Below are positions 26,158 through 36,224 of a stretch of 52,953 nucleotides of DNA, piece after piece; the stretch's first letter is position 1, and each line of letters begins with the position of its first letter. The position numbers and the translations under genes are program-made. The stretch lies in the NCBI GenBank assembly GCA_046713545.1, contig JBKKCB010000297.1, positions 1 through 52,953 on the forward strand. The letters run 5' to 3'. The stretch is from Hyphomicrobiaceae bacterium (GTDB taxonomy: Bacteria > Pseudomonadota > Alphaproteobacteria > Rhizobiales > Hyphomicrobiaceae). The notes under the pieces are model-generated. The model had not been told where the DNA came from. It searched no databases and saw only the letters and a list, made by a program, of their open reading frames with translations.

Positions 26158-29100
26158 CTACGGCAAGTCAAAACAAAAAAGCCGAAAAATCGGTTGCGGT
26201 CGCGCCGGGTAGCCAAATCCTGCTCGCCGGCGTGCCAGAGGGCTACGACGGGTTCGTGCTGACCCAGCTTGTCGCCGAGGCATCTGCGCAGCAAGGGGTG
26301 CCCGGTATCGTCCTGCACGTATGCCGCGATGACAGGCGCCTTGCGGCGCTGACTGCGTCACTGCAGTTCTTTGCTCCCAAGACCCGCATCGTCGCTTTCC
26401 CGGCGTGGGATACGGTCCCCTACGACCGTGTTGGCCCTAATTCGGAGATCGCGGCCCGGCGCATGGCGTCCCTGGCTCGACTGGCCGTCGGCTCGCGCAA
26501 GGAGCCGGTGATCGTCCTCACCACGGTGAATGCCATTTTGCAGCGAGTACCGTCGCGCAGTTTCGTGCGCCAGAGCCTCAGCCAGATGGCTGCGGGCCAG
26601 CGTGTCGACCGCGGCAACTTGATTGCCCGGCTATCGCTGGCTGGTTATGTGCGCACGGGCACGGTCATGGAGCCCGGTGAATACGCCGTGCGCGGGAGCC
26701 TGCTGGATCTGTTTCCGCCGGGCCGTGCAAGCCCCGTTCGGCTCGACTTCTTCGGCGATACGCTGGAAAGCATTCGCGGTTTCGATCCCGAAACGCAGCG
26801 CAGCACCCGCATCGTCCAGAAGCTCGTCCTGATGCCGGTGAGCGAGCTCGCCTTCGGGCCTGCCGCCGAAAGTCTGTTTCGCCAGAATTATGTTGCCGCT
26901 TTTGGCGCGGTCACGGGCGAAGATCCGCTTTATGAATCCGTCAGCGCCGGCCGGCGATACCAGGGCATGGAGCATTGGCTGCCGCTGTTCCATGAGCATC
27001 TGGACACGCTGTTCGATTACCTGCCGAGTGCCGCCATCAGCTTCGACCATCTTGCGGCCGAGGCGGTGTCAGGACGTATTGAGCAGGTGCTCGAGCACTA
27101 CGACGCGCGCGTGAATTCGCTCGAGACGACGACGTTCGGCGCGCCGCCCTACAAGCCCGTCCCGCCCGATCGGATGTTCGTCCTCGAGGCCGAGTGGAAG
27201 GCGCTTCTAAGCCCCCGATCCGTGCGCTGGATGTCGCCGTTCGAGCGGCCCGAGAGCACTGCGGCGGTGCCCATGCGGCAGTTCGCCGGACATCAGGGAC
27301 GCAACTTCGCACCTGAACGCAACATGGAAGGCGTCAATGTCTTCAGTGCGGTCGTGTCTCATATCCGGATGCTGCAAGGTCAGGGGCGTCGCGTGGCCGT
27401 CGCCGCGTGGACGCCCGGCGCGCGCGAACGCCTGTCGGTTCTGCTGGCGGAGCACGGGCTTTCCGACTCACGCAAGATCGAAAACGGCGCCGATCTTCTG
27501 ACCTCGCCGCACACGACGACGATGCTGGCGGTGCTCGGCCTCGAATATGGCTTCGAGACGCCGGACATGGCCATCATCAGCGAGGAGGATATCCTCGGCG
27601 ACCGGTTGGTGCGGCCGCGGCGTCACCCGCGGCGCGCAGCCGATGTCATCTCGGAGGCCACCAGCCTCTCGGTCGGCGACCTCGTCGTCCACGCCGACCA
27701 CGGCATTGGCCGCTTCGAGGGATTGCAGACCATCACGGCGCTGGGTGCGCCGCACGATTGCCTGTTGCTGGTGTATGCGGGCGGCGACAAGCTCTATTTG
27801 CCGGTCGAGAACATCGAGCTGCTGTCGCGCTACGGCTCCGATGAGACGGGCGCACAGCTCGACAGGCTCGGCGGCGCGGGATGGCAGACGCGCACCGCGC
27901 GCTTGAAGAAGCGGTTGCGCGAGATCGCCTCAGAGCTCATCAAGATTGCAGCCCTGCGGCAACTGCGGGAAGCACCTGCATTGGTGCCGCCGGCAGGAGC
28001 CTACGATGAATTCACGGCCCGCTTTGCCTACGAGCCGACCGACGACCAGGCGGCCAGCATCGAGGCGGTGGAGGCTGATCTGGCGTCTGGCAAGCCGATG
28101 GATCGCCTCATCTGCGGCGACGTCGGCTTCGGCAAGACCGAGGTCGCCCTGCGCGCCGCGTTCGTTACGGCCATGGCCGGACTGCAGGTTGCCGTTGTCG
28201 TGCCGACGACTTTGCTGGCGCGACAGCACTACAAAACCTTCACGGACCGGTTCAAGGGCCTGCCGCTGCGCATCGGGCGGGCGTCGCGCCTGGTTGCCGC
28301 CAAGGAGCTTGCCGAGGTCAAGGCGGGGCTCAAGGACGGCACGGTCGACATTGTCGTCGGCACCCACGCACTGCTGGGAAAATCGATCAATTTTGCCCGC
28401 CTGGGGTTGCTCGTCGTGGACGAGGAGCAGCACTTCGGCGTCGGCCACAAGGAGCGTCTGAAGCAGATCAAGGAAGACGTGCACGTCCTGACGCTCACGG
28501 CCACGCCCATCCCGCGCACGCTGCAGTTGGCCTTGTCGGGTGTGCGCGAGCTGTCGCTCATCACCACCCCGCCCGTCGACCGGCTAGCCGTGCGCACCTA
28601 CATTGCTCCCGTCGATCCGGTGATCCTGCGCGAGGCCCTGCGGCGGGAACGCTATCGTGGCGGCCAGACCTTCTTTGTCGTTCCGCGGATTTCCGACATC
28701 GACGATGTGGCTGAGTTTCTACGCACGGAGGCGCCTGAGCTGCGCGTCGCGCGCGCCCACGGACAGCTGGCGCCGACCGAACTCGAGGACGTCATGACCG
28801 CCTTCTACGACGGTCAGTACGACGTCCTGCTGTCCACCGCTATCGTCGAGTCGGGCCTCGATATTCCCAATGCCAACACGCTGATCGTGCATCGCGCCGA
28901 TATGTTCGGCCTGGCGCAGCTCTATCAGCTCCGCGGCCGCGTGGGTCGCTCCAAGACGCGTGCGTATGCCTACCTGACCACGCCCCCCGGCAAGAAGCTC
29001 ACGGAAGGTTCACAGAAGCGCCTGAAAGTGTTGCAGTCGCTCGATACGCTGGGTGCCGGCTTCTCTCTCGCCTCGCACGACCTGGACATCCGCGGTGCCG

Positions 29101-29690
29101 GCAATCTCCTTGGCGACGAGCAGTCCGGCCACATCCGCGAAGTCGGCTTCGAGCTGTACCAGTCCATGCTCGAGGAGGCCATCGCCTTGATGCGTGACGG
29201 CGAGGGCGGAGAGACCGAGGAAAAATGGAGCCCGCAGATCGCGCTCGGCACCGCCGTGCTCATTCCGGAGAGCTTCGTCAGCGATCTGCAGGTTCGCCTT
29301 GGCCTTTATCGGCGCCTGTCGTTCCTGGAGAAGCGCGAGGACATCGATGCTTTCGCCGCCGAGTTGGTCGACCGCTTCGGCGAATTGCCGGGCGAGGTGC
29401 ATCACCTGCTCGACGTGGTGGAGATCAAGGCGCTGTGCCGGCGTGCCGGTATCGCACAGGTCGACGCCGGCCCGAAGGGTGCATCGATTGCATTCCGCCG
29501 CAACCAGTTCGCCAACCCTGCGGCTCTGGTCGCCTTCGTTCAGGCGTCGCGCGGACTGGTCAAGGTGCAGCCCGACCACAAGCTCATCTTCAAGGCGAGC
29601 TGGGATCAGCCCGAGGCGCGCGTCAAGGGTGTGCGCGGCCTGATCCTCGAACTCGCCGCCATGGCCGACAAGGACCGCAAGGCGGCGTGA
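26154..29690 (+). CDS. mfd: Transcription-repair coupling factor
   Basis: Start at ATG 26154 (MTTASQNKK...). 1178 aa. UvrB-homology N-terminus, RNA-polymerase-interaction domain, helicase motifs GDVGFGKTEVA, DEEQHFGV, LTATPIPRT, QLYQLRGRVGRS, and a TRG/D7 C-terminus. Confidence 0.97.
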   Translation: MTTASQNKKAEKSVAVAPGSQILLAGVPEGYDGFVLTQLVAEASAQQGVPGIVLHVCRDDRRLAALTASLQFFAPKTRIVAFPAWDTVPYDRVGPNSEIAARRMASLARLAVGSRKEPVIVLTTVNAILQRVPSRSFVRQSLSQMAAGQRVDRGNLIARLSLAGYVRTGTVMEPGEYAVRGSLLDLFPPGRASPVRLDFFGDTLESIRGFDPETQRSTRIVQKLVLMPVSELAFGPAAESLFRQNYVAAFGAVTGEDPLYESVSAGRRYQGMEHWLPLFHEHLDTLFDYLPSAAISFDHLAAEAVSGRIEQVLEHYDARVNSLETTTFGAPPYKPVPPDRMFVLEAEWKALLSPRSVRWMSPFERPESTAAVPMRQFAGHQGRNFAPERNMEGVNVFSAVVSHIRMLQGQGRRVAVAAWTPGARERLSVLLAEHGLSDSRKIENGADLLTSPHTTTMLAVLGLEYGFETPDMAIISEEDILGDRLVRPRRHPRRAADVISEATSLSVGDLVVHADHGIGRFEGLQTITALGAPHDCLLLVYAGGDKLYLPVENIELLSRYGSDETGAQLDRLGGAGWQTRTARLKKRLREIASELIKIAALRQLREAPALVPPAGAYDEFTARFAYEPTDDQAASIEAVEADLASGKPMDRLICGDVGFGKTEVALRAAFVTAMAGLQVAVVVPTTLLARQHYKTFTDRFKGLPLRIGRASRLVAAKELAEVKAGLKDGTVDIVVGTHALLGKSINFARLGLLVVDEEQHFGVGHKERLKQIKEDVHVLTLTATPIPRTLQLALSGVRELSLITTPPVDRLAVRTYIAPVDPVILREALRRERYRGGQTFFVVPRISDIDDVAEFLRTEAPELRVARAHGQLAPTELEDVMTAFYDGQYDVLLSTAIVESGLDIPNANTLIVHRADMFGLAQLYQLRGRVGRSKTRAYAYLTTPPGKKLTEGSQKRLKVLQSLDTLGAGFSLASHDLDIRGAGNLLGDEQSGHIREVGFELYQSMLEEAIALMRDGEGGETEEKWSPQIALGTAVLIPESFVSDLQVRLGLYRRLSFLEKREDIDAFAAELVDRFGELPGEVHHLLDVVEIKALCRRAGIAQVDAGPKGASIAFRRNQFANPAALVAFVQASRGLVKVQPDHKLIFKASWDQPEARVKGVRGLILELAAMADKDRKAA

Positions 29691-29708
29691 TGCTCCGGAC
29701 GCACGGGC

Positions 29709-30506
29709 TCAGCGCCCCTTGAACACGGGCTTGCGCTTTTCCATGAACGCACGTGTTCCTTCCGCGAAATCTTCGCTTTGAAAGCAGGCATTGACCAGCT
29801 TGTCGAGACTGGCCATGTCCGTGTTTTCTGGATGTGCGACCATCTCGTCGATCGATGCCTTGGCGGCGTGAACGGAGAGCGGTGCGTTGGCTGCAATTTC
29901 AGTCGCGAGCTTTACGGTCGCCGCCTTGAGGGAGGCCTTGGGGACCACACGATTGACGAGGCCCATGACCAGCGCCTCATCGGCCGGATAACGCCCGCCG
30001 GTGAACAGCATCTCCTTGGTCTTGGCCGCCGAGATCACTGACAGCATGGGTTTGATCCACCGCGGGTTGTAGCCGACGGACAGCTTGGCTGCCGGAATCG
30101 AGAACAAGGCGTCATCGGCCACCCAGCGCAGGTCACAGCAAATCGCCAGTTCGCACCCCCCGCCGAAACAATAGCCGTGCACCATGGCAATGGTGGGCTT
30201 GGTGGCGCGCGATACGGTCGAGAACGCGACATGATTGATTTCGTCGTACCGGCGGGCCTCCAAGCCGGTCCGGTTGCTCTTGAATTCGGAGATATCCGCG
30301 CCCGCCGAGAAGGCCTTGTCGCCCGCTCCTGTCAGTATGATGACACGTACCGCAGCATCGTCCTCCGCCTCGCGGATCAGGCCCGGCAAGGCTTCCCACA
30401 TGGCGCGGGTGTAGGCATTGAGCCGGGCCGGATTGTCGGCAATGATCCAGCAGATGCCGGCCTCAGTTTCCGTCCGCAGGCGGCCCGGCACGCTGTCACT
30501 TGGCAT
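29709..30506 (-). CDS. Enoyl-CoA hydratase/isomerase (crotonase) family protein
   Basis: 265 aa. Crotonase-fold blocks VRVIILTGAGDKAFSAGADI, AMVHGYCFGGGCELA, F.EGTRAF.EKR. Confidence 0.9.
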   Translation of the reverse strand: MPSDSVPGRLRTETEAGICWIIADNPARLNAYTRAMWEALPGLIREAEDDAAVRVIILTGAGDKAFSAGADISEFKSNRTGLEARRYDEINHVAFSTVSRATKPTIAMVHGYCFGGGCELAICCDLRWVADDALFSIPAAKLSVGYNPRWIKPMLSVISAAKTKEMLFTGGRYPADEALVMGLVNRVVPKASLKAATVKLATEIAANAPLSVHAAKASIDEMVAHPENTDMASLDKLVNACFQSEDFAEGTRAFMEKRKPVFKGR

Positions 30507-30741
30507 TCTAAACCTCTGGTTTTGATGTCCTCATGGGTTCTAAGGCCCACCGCCCCACCTTAGCAACCGTTCCCGGACAAGCCGGTATTGGCGGTCGGAC
30601 CGGGCGTCCCCTGTGCAACTTGAGGGACCGCAAAAGACTCGCGCAGGCGTGCATTGACTTGGGCATCGCCCCTCGCTACCTCGATAGCCTGTAAGGTCAG
30701 AACCGGGGCCGGCCCTCGTCCAGGGCCCCAAGGAGCATGGC

Positions 30742-31572
30742 ATGGCATCTTCCGCATCGGCCATAGGCCGCCTCGAATTTGTCGACCCGATTTGGCAGGA
30801 ACTGCGCCGCGAGGCCGAGGAAGTCGTCCGGACCGAACCGGCTCTTGGCGGCTTTGTCTTCGCGACCATTCTCAGCCATCAGCGGCTGGAAGAAGCCGTC
30901 CGCCACCGTCTCGCGCAGCGCCTCAATCATGCCGACGTGGATGCCGGCCTGATCGGCCAGATCTTTGCTGATGTGCTGAAGGCCCGCCCCGAGATCGGCA
31001 AATGCTTCCGCGCGGATCTGGCGGCCGTCTTCGATCGCGATCCGGCCTGCAACCGCTACATCGAACCGGTGCTGTACTTCAAAGGCTTCCATGCGCTCGT
31101 GACGCATCGCTTCGCGCACGCGCTGTGGCATGACGGCCGGAAGGACTTCGCGCTCTATCTGCAGAGCCAGTCGAGCCGCATTTTCGGCGTGGATATCCAT
31201 CCGGCCGCCCGCATCGGGCGCGGCATCATGCTCGATCACGCAACCGCCATCGTCGTCGGCGAGACCGCCGTCGTGGGGGATAACTGCTCCCTCCTGCACA
31301 GCGTGACGCTCGGCGGCAGCGGCAAGGAGAAGGGCGACGACCGCCATCCCAAGATCGGCGCCAATGTCATGATCGGCGCAGGCGCCAAGGTGCTTGGCAA
31401 CATCACCGTCGGCAACTGCTCGCGTGTGGCAGCCGGCAGCGTGGTGCTGCAGGATGTCCCGGCCGAAACGACGGTAGCAGGCGTGCCGGCACGTGTCGTC
31501 GGTCCGGCGGGTTGCCCGGAGCCGTCGCGCTCCATGGATCAGCGCCTCGGTCCCGATTGCGGCTGCGGCTGA
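30742..31572 (+). CDS. cysE: Serine O-acetyltransferase
   Basis: 276 aa, AGGAG 6 nt upstream. N-terminal SATase helical domain (DPIWQELRREAEE...EPAL) and a hexapeptide-repeat C-terminus (GVDIHPAARIGRGIMLDHATAIVVGETAVVGDN...GDDRHPKIG). Confidence 0.93.
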   Translation: MASSASAIGRLEFVDPIWQELRREAEEVVRTEPALGGFVFATILSHQRLEEAVRHRLAQRLNHADVDAGLIGQIFADVLKARPEIGKCFRADLAAVFDRDPACNRYIEPVLYFKGFHALVTHRFAHALWHDGRKDFALYLQSQSSRIFGVDIHPAARIGRGIMLDHATAIVVGETAVVGDNCSLLHSVTLGGSGKEKGDDRHPKIGANVMIGAGAKVLGNITVGNCSRVAAGSVVLQDVPAETTVAGVPARVVGPAGCPEPSRSMDQRLGPDCGCG

Positions 31573-31618
31573 ACGCAGCATCGCGAAGATACCGATCAAA
31601 CCAGCTGGAGAAACGTTC

Positions 31619-31852
31619 GTGGCGAAAAGCAAGGACCTCGACAAAGACGAGGTGGTGAAGCTCCAGCGGTATCTGAGGAAGGTCTTCGGCACCGAAGCGC
31701 TTCAGGTCAGACCCCGCCAGAAGGCGGCGGACGCTGCGGAGATCTACCTGCGTGACGAATTCCTCGGCGTCGTTTCGAAAGACATCGAGGACGGCGATAC
31801 CTGCTATCAGATCAACATGACGGTCCTCGACCTGGATTTGGACGAAGCGTAG
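31619..31852 (+). CDS. DUF3126-family small protein
   Basis: The GTG at 31619 is preceded by GGAGAA (7-nt spacer). The track's ATG at 31493 would overlap cysE by 80 nt. The 77-aa product (...VKLQRYLRKVFGTEALQVRPRQKAADAAEIYLRDEFLGVVSKD.EDGD.CYQINM) matches the alphaproteobacterial DUF3126 family. Confidence 0.7.
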   Translation: MAKSKDLDKDEVVKLQRYLRKVFGTEALQVRPRQKAADAAEIYLRDEFLGVVSKDIEDGDTCYQINMTVLDLDLDEA

Positions 31853-31866
31853 GGCCGAGGATCATC

Positions 31867-32400
31867 ATGCCGTTGTACGAGCTCGACGGCCACAAGGTCG
31901 TCACCCCCGGCCCTGGGCGGTATTGGGTTGCCCCGACTGCAACAGTGATCGGACGCGTTGAACTGGACGAGGACGTCAGCGTCTGGTTCGGCTCGGTCAT
32001 CCGCGGTGACAATGAGCTGATCCGCATCGGCGCCCGCACGAGCATCCAGGAGCATTGCGTGCTGCACACCGATCTCGGTTTCCCGATGACGATTGCCGAG
32101 GATTGCACCATCGGCCACCTCGCCATGCTGCATGGCTGCACGATCGGCAAGGGCGCGCTGATCGGCATCGGTGCCATCGTCCTCAACGGTGCCAAGATCG
32201 GCGCGGGTTCGGTCGTGGGCGCCGGCGCCCTGGTGCCCGAGGGCAAGGAAATCCCGCCGGGCGTCGTGGTCATGGGATCGCCCGCCAAGGTCGTGCGGCC
32301 CATCAACGATCTTGACCGCCAGCGCATCCAGGAAGGCGTGGATTTCTACGTCGAGAACCAGCGGCGCTTTGCCGAGCGCATGAAGCCGCAGTCCGAGTAG
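31867..32400 (+). CDS. Gamma-carbonic-anhydrase-like / hexapeptide-repeat protein (YrdA/PaaY family)
   Basis: 177 aa. WVAPTATVIGRVELDEDVSVWFGSVIRGDNE.IRIG.RTSIQEHCVLH is the canonical gamma-CA-like left-handed beta-helix. Confidence 0.9.
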   Translation: MPLYELDGHKVVTPGPGRYWVAPTATVIGRVELDEDVSVWFGSVIRGDNELIRIGARTSIQEHCVLHTDLGFPMTIAEDCTIGHLAMLHGCTIGKGALIGIGAIVLNGAKIGAGSVVGAGALVPEGKEIPPGVVVMGSPAKVVRPINDLDRQRIQEGVDFYVENQRRFAERMKPQSE

Positions 32401-32412
32401 AGAGCAGTTCGA

Positions 32413-33057
32413 TTACCGGTTGCCGCGAACTCCCGACAGCAGTGCCGGCGAGCGTGCATCCTTCGGGTCGAGCGAAACCCAAACCTTGGGGTCGATGTAG
32501 GACTGGCGCATGACGAAGGCATACGGCGTCTTGTGCCAAGGTTTCATATCGTCGGTCTTGTTGTCGAGAATGAAATCGCCCTGCGCCGTGCGCACGGTCA
32601 GGACGGCGTGGCCCTCGCCCTTCTCATCACGGACCACCGTCATCAGGAGGGAACTCGCCGGCCATCCCCGGTTCATCAGCAGATGGCGTTTCAACAGGGC
32701 GTAATCTTCGCAATCGCCCTTGCTGCCGGGCAGGGTCCAATATTCCGTCTGTCCGTAGACCTCCAGGTCCGTTGCGGGCTCAACGGCCTGGTTGACCGAC
32801 CGGTTGATCTCATCGAGCTGCTGGAGTCGTGCGCCGCGCGTTTCAAAGCGCGCTTCCTCGAGCGGCCCTTGTCGGCACTCGGAAGGGGTTCGTTCGCAGA
32901 ACTTGACGAAGCCGAACGGCGGCAGGGTGGATCCGTAGATCCGCATGAACGCCGACGAGTGATCCTGGCCCGCAACGCGCACCGGGTCGGCTTGCGCCAT
33001 CATCGGCAGCATCGCGCTGGTCGCGCATACTAGAACTCGGATCCATCCCATCGCCAT
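32413..33057 (-). CDS. Bacterial transglutaminase-like cysteine proteinase (BTLCP, LapG-type fold), secreted
   Basis: 214 aa. Signal peptide MAMGWIRVLVCATSAMLPMMAQA. Catalytic-triad context GDCEDYALLKRHLL ... GHAVLTV ... ILDN. Confidence 0.9.
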   Translation of the reverse strand: MAMGWIRVLVCATSAMLPMMAQADPVRVAGQDHSSAFMRIYGSTLPPFGFVKFCERTPSECRQGPLEEARFETRGARLQQLDEINRSVNQAVEPATDLEVYGQTEYWTLPGSKGDCEDYALLKRHLLMNRGWPASSLLMTVVRDEKGEGHAVLTVRTAQGDFILDNKTDDMKPWHKTPYAFVMRQSYIDPKVWVSLDPKDARSPALLSGVRGNR

Positions 33058-33223
33058 ACTCGCCCCGCACCACTTACATGCAGTGTACCAACATTGACTT
33101 GATCACCGTTCAATCCGCGCGCGGCAATTTGAGATAAATGCCGGATGGCTGGTTCATCAAACGTTGACCCTGTTCCCTTTGTTCCTGGGCATGAAGCTAT
33201 CCGCCCCACCTTCAAATCCGCCG

Positions 33224-33844
33224 CTAACCGAAATAGCGGCGCAAGGCCGCTGGATTCTGGATATCGAGGAACTGCACGCCGATGCCGCTGGCATGGTGGC
33301 GCGTGACCCGAGCCCGCAATTTACCGAGCGTCACCTCGCGCCCGATCTCAGGGCGCGCCTGGGTGTCGAGCGAGGCCCCCGATACGGAAATATCCATAAC
33401 GCGGCAGGTGACGACGATGCCTTCATCAAGCTGCAGGCTCGATTGCTCGTTCCCGGGAAGCCCGCGGCTGTGCAGGCGATCCTCTGCGAGAAGGCGCCCG
33501 CTCCGGTTGATCAGCCATGTCAGTTGTGCTGCGAGCTTCTCGCGCTTGTGCGAAGTCACGGCGAGGCGAATGGCAAAGCCACCCTCGAAGGATCGCGCGA
33601 CCTTGCCCTCGATGCCCCCGATGTGGTCGAAGTAGGCAACAATACGTTCGTCGTCGTCGACCGTGACGGGCGACATCATGGCGGCACCGCCGACAGAGAT
33701 ATCGACGAGCTTGCAGGGGTATTCCTGCTTATTGGAGCGCATGAAGCGACCGAGAAGCGTTATGTTGACACGCTTGTGCCGCCGGCGGTCCGCAACCAGG
33801 CGGGGAGCCTCCCGTGACATGCTCGCCTGTACAGAAGGGGCCAT
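33224..33844 (-). CDS. Tandem PilZ-domain protein (predicted c-di-GMP receptor)
   Basis: 206 aa with two PilZ motif sets: RRHKR...DISVGGA and RLHSR...DISVSGA (RxxxR + D/NxSxxG). Confidence 0.85.
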   Translation of the reverse strand: MAPSVQASMSREAPRLVADRRRHKRVNITLLGRFMRSNKQEYPCKLVDISVGGAAMMSPVTVDDDERIVAYFDHIGGIEGKVARSFEGGFAIRLAVTSHKREKLAAQLTWLINRSGRLLAEDRLHSRGLPGNEQSSLQLDEGIVVTCRVMDISVSGASLDTQARPEIGREVTLGKLRARVTRHHASGIGVQFLDIQNPAALRRYFG

Positions 33845-34028
33845 CTGTTGCCTGCTGCTGCGTGTTCCATCGGCTCGCTGATGTTGGCTGAGCGTTGCAT
33901 TTGGCCCCGCTAGCCGTGCGTGCAGGCCCGACTATGGCTTTGACGCCCTTAAAGAAGCTCTAATTGCGGGCGTCTTTTTGGGACGTTCGGGACAAGACAC
34001 CGCTCTGGCGTCCTGACCTTGTGACGGG

Positions 34029-34664
34029 TCAGGTGTTCTTGGTCGGGCTGTCCGATTTGCCGCCGTCGTAGACCCGGAACTTGCGCGTGTTCGACGTGAC
34101 GATGCGTGTGGGCGGCGTCATTGGCCGAAACGGCGGTGGGGCGCGCTGCGTGTCGACTGGCGCGTTCGGCCGTCCGTCTGGCCAGATCAACTCGTGCCGT
34201 AACAGGGCTTTGATCGAGATGGCGGTGTCGGGCCATGCCGGGGCTTCGAAAAGGCTCATGCTGCCGACGAAGCGCGTCACGACATCGCGTGTATCCGTGA
34301 GGGGCAGGATTAGAACCTCCATCCGGCCGGAGTTCCGCTCTGCGTCCCTCGTTTCGAACTCGAAAAGACCGGCGGCGCTCCGCTCGCCGATGATCCTGAG
34401 GCGGTCCTTTAGAACCACGTGATCGTCGAGGCTGACGAGATCGAAGAAATTCCTGTTTCTCAGTTCTACGCAGAACCGGTCGCAAATGCGCGTTCCAGCC
34501 AGCCGGAAACGGTAGGTCGATGCATCGTGACGCTCTAGGATGAACGTTTCGGGCAGGATCGCAGCGATACGCGCCGGCTCGATGTCGAAACGGCGTGGCG
34601 TCACGCGATTGCCGCGCACCTCATTCCAATAATCGAACAGGATCTGGCTCGTCTGCTGTCTCAT
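34029..34664 (-). CDS. PAS_5 (formerly DUF1457) family PAS-like protein
   Basis: 211 aa. The N-terminus LFDYWNEVRGNRVTPRRFDIEPARIAAILPETFILE...YRFRLAGTRICDRF matches my recollection of the PAS_5 family. Confidence 0.75.
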   Translation of the reverse strand: MRQQTSQILFDYWNEVRGNRVTPRRFDIEPARIAAILPETFILERHDASTYRFRLAGTRICDRFCVELRNRNFFDLVSLDDHVVLKDRLRIIGERSAAGLFEFETRDAERNSGRMEVLILPLTDTRDVVTRFVGSMSLFEAPAWPDTAISIKALLRHELIWPDGRPNAPVDTQRAPPPFRPMTPPTRIVTSNTRKFRVYDGGKSDSPTKNT

Positions 34665-34885
34665 ACCTTCGCCTCTGCCGCATGGTGCGGCAATCGCGCT
34701 CGCTCATGCCGTTAACTTAAGACGTGTTCCGGATCGGCACAGACAGACGTTTGTCCGCCGCCCGATACCGGATGATCAGCAGCTTCCGTGCCAGCAGTTC
34801 GAAATGTTCTTGATTGACCGCTCTCGTGTTTGTGGCGACGTCTTGGCGGGGAATGGGCACAGCATGGTAAACAGCGGAGGGCCGC

Positions 34886-35599
34886 GTGGAGCGGGAGCCG
34901 ATCTTTAACGTCCCGGCCAGTGTGATCGCGGCCCTTGGTCTGTTGACCGCCGTGCACGTGGGTCTCCAGCTGTTGCCGATTGCCGAGGCAAACTGGACAA
35001 CACTGGCACTCGCATTCATTCCGGCGCGCTATGCCGGTTTGGCTGAAGAACTGCCGGGCGGATTAACGGCTGCCGTGGCGTCCTTTGCCACCTACCAGCT
35101 CGTGCATGCCGACATCACGCACCTTTTGGTCAATGGCGCCTGGCTGCTCGCATTTGGCAGCGCGGTGGCGCGGCGGGTCGGCGCTATGCGGTTCTTTCTC
35201 TTCGCGACGTTATGCGGCGCAGGCGGTGCGCTGATGTTCCTCGTATTCCGATGGGGCGAACTCGTGCCCGTGGTCGGCGCATCGGGAGCCGTGTCTGGCC
35301 TCATGGCAGCCGCGTTGCGCTTCTTCTTCGGAGCAGCCGATCGGGGAGATCTGGATCAGCTGCAGAGTGCTCCTGCAACCGTGCCGTTGATCGGCCTGGC
35401 GGAGACGCTCACCAATCGCCGCATTCTGACGGTGGTCGCCGTGTGGATGATTATCAATTTCGTCATGGCCATGGCGGTGCCGGCGTCAGTGTCGGCAGGA
35501 GGCATTGCCTGGGAGGTGCACCTGGGTGGCTTTCTCGTAGGATTGTTGACATTCGGAGCTTTCGATCCAGCTCGCGAGCGCGCTCCGATCCAGAATTGA
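34886..35599 (+). CDS. Rhomboid-family intramembrane serine protease
   Basis: GTG start. 237 aa, polytopic. HLLVNG, catalytic GASGAVSGLMAA and downstream HLGGFLVG. Confidence 0.85.
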   Translation: MEREPIFNVPASVIAALGLLTAVHVGLQLLPIAEANWTTLALAFIPARYAGLAEELPGGLTAAVASFATYQLVHADITHLLVNGAWLLAFGSAVARRVGAMRFFLFATLCGAGGALMFLVFRWGELVPVVGASGAVSGLMAAALRFFFGAADRGDLDQLQSAPATVPLIGLAETLTNRRILTVVAVWMIINFVMAMAVPASVSAGGIAWEVHLGGFLVGLLTFGAFDPARERAPIQN

Positions 35600-35786
35600 G
35601 GGACTTGCGCTCGCCTTCGATCTTGAGTGACAATGTGACACACCGGTGATGTGAGCCGGATGCGACAGAGGCCCAAAACCGGCCGGTCGCGGCTGATCAG
35701 ATCAGTGTGCGCGCGAGGCTGTCCTCAGGCGCCTTGCCGTTACCAGGATCGGTCACCTCGCCAGAGGCCGGGAGGAGACGACGATC

Positions 35787-36218
35787 ATGCACGTTGCAAC
35801 AATCCTCAAAGACAAGGGGCGCGCGGTAGAGACCGCCCGGCCTGACACCAAGGTGATGGACGTGGCCCGCAAGTTGGCGGCAAAGCGCATCGGGGCCGTG
35901 GTCGTCACCGATCAGGATGGTGCCGTCGCAGGCATCGTATCGGAGCGCGACGTTGTACGCGCGCTTGCGACCGGCGGTCCCGAGTGTGTTGATTGGCCGG
36001 CCTCGCGGATCATGACGCGGGATGTGCTCACTTGTGGGGAGAGCGACACGATCGACCACCTCATGAGCACGATGACGGCGCACAGATTCCGGCACTTGCC
36101 CGTATTGAGCGATGCCGGCCTGGCGGGAATCGTGTCGATCGGCGACGTCGTCAAGCACCACATCGCCGAAGTCGAAATGGAAGCCACGGCGATGCGCGAC
36201 TACATCGCCACCGGCTGA
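35787..36218 (+). CDS. CBS-domain-pair protein
   Basis: 143 aa, SD GGAGGAG. Two CBS repeats (...IGAVVVTDQDGAVAGIVSERDVVRAL... and ...FRHLPVLSDAGLAGIVSIGDVVKH). Confidence 0.9.
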   Translation: MHVATILKDKGRAVETARPDTKVMDVARKLAAKRIGAVVVTDQDGAVAGIVSERDVVRALATGGPECVDWPASRIMTRDVLTCGESDTIDHLMSTMTAHRFRHLPVLSDAGLAGIVSIGDVVKHHIAEVEMEATAMRDYIATG

Positions 36219-36224
36219 AGCAGG

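Noticed and set aside
33942-33979. Plus-strand terminator-like element (GACGCCC-19 nt-GGGCGTC followed by TTTTT) between the PilZ and PAS_5 genes
   Set aside because: No plus-strand gene ends upstream of it, and the 19-nt loop is long for an intrinsic terminator. It could mark an unannotated sRNA, but the evidence is too thin without transcript data.
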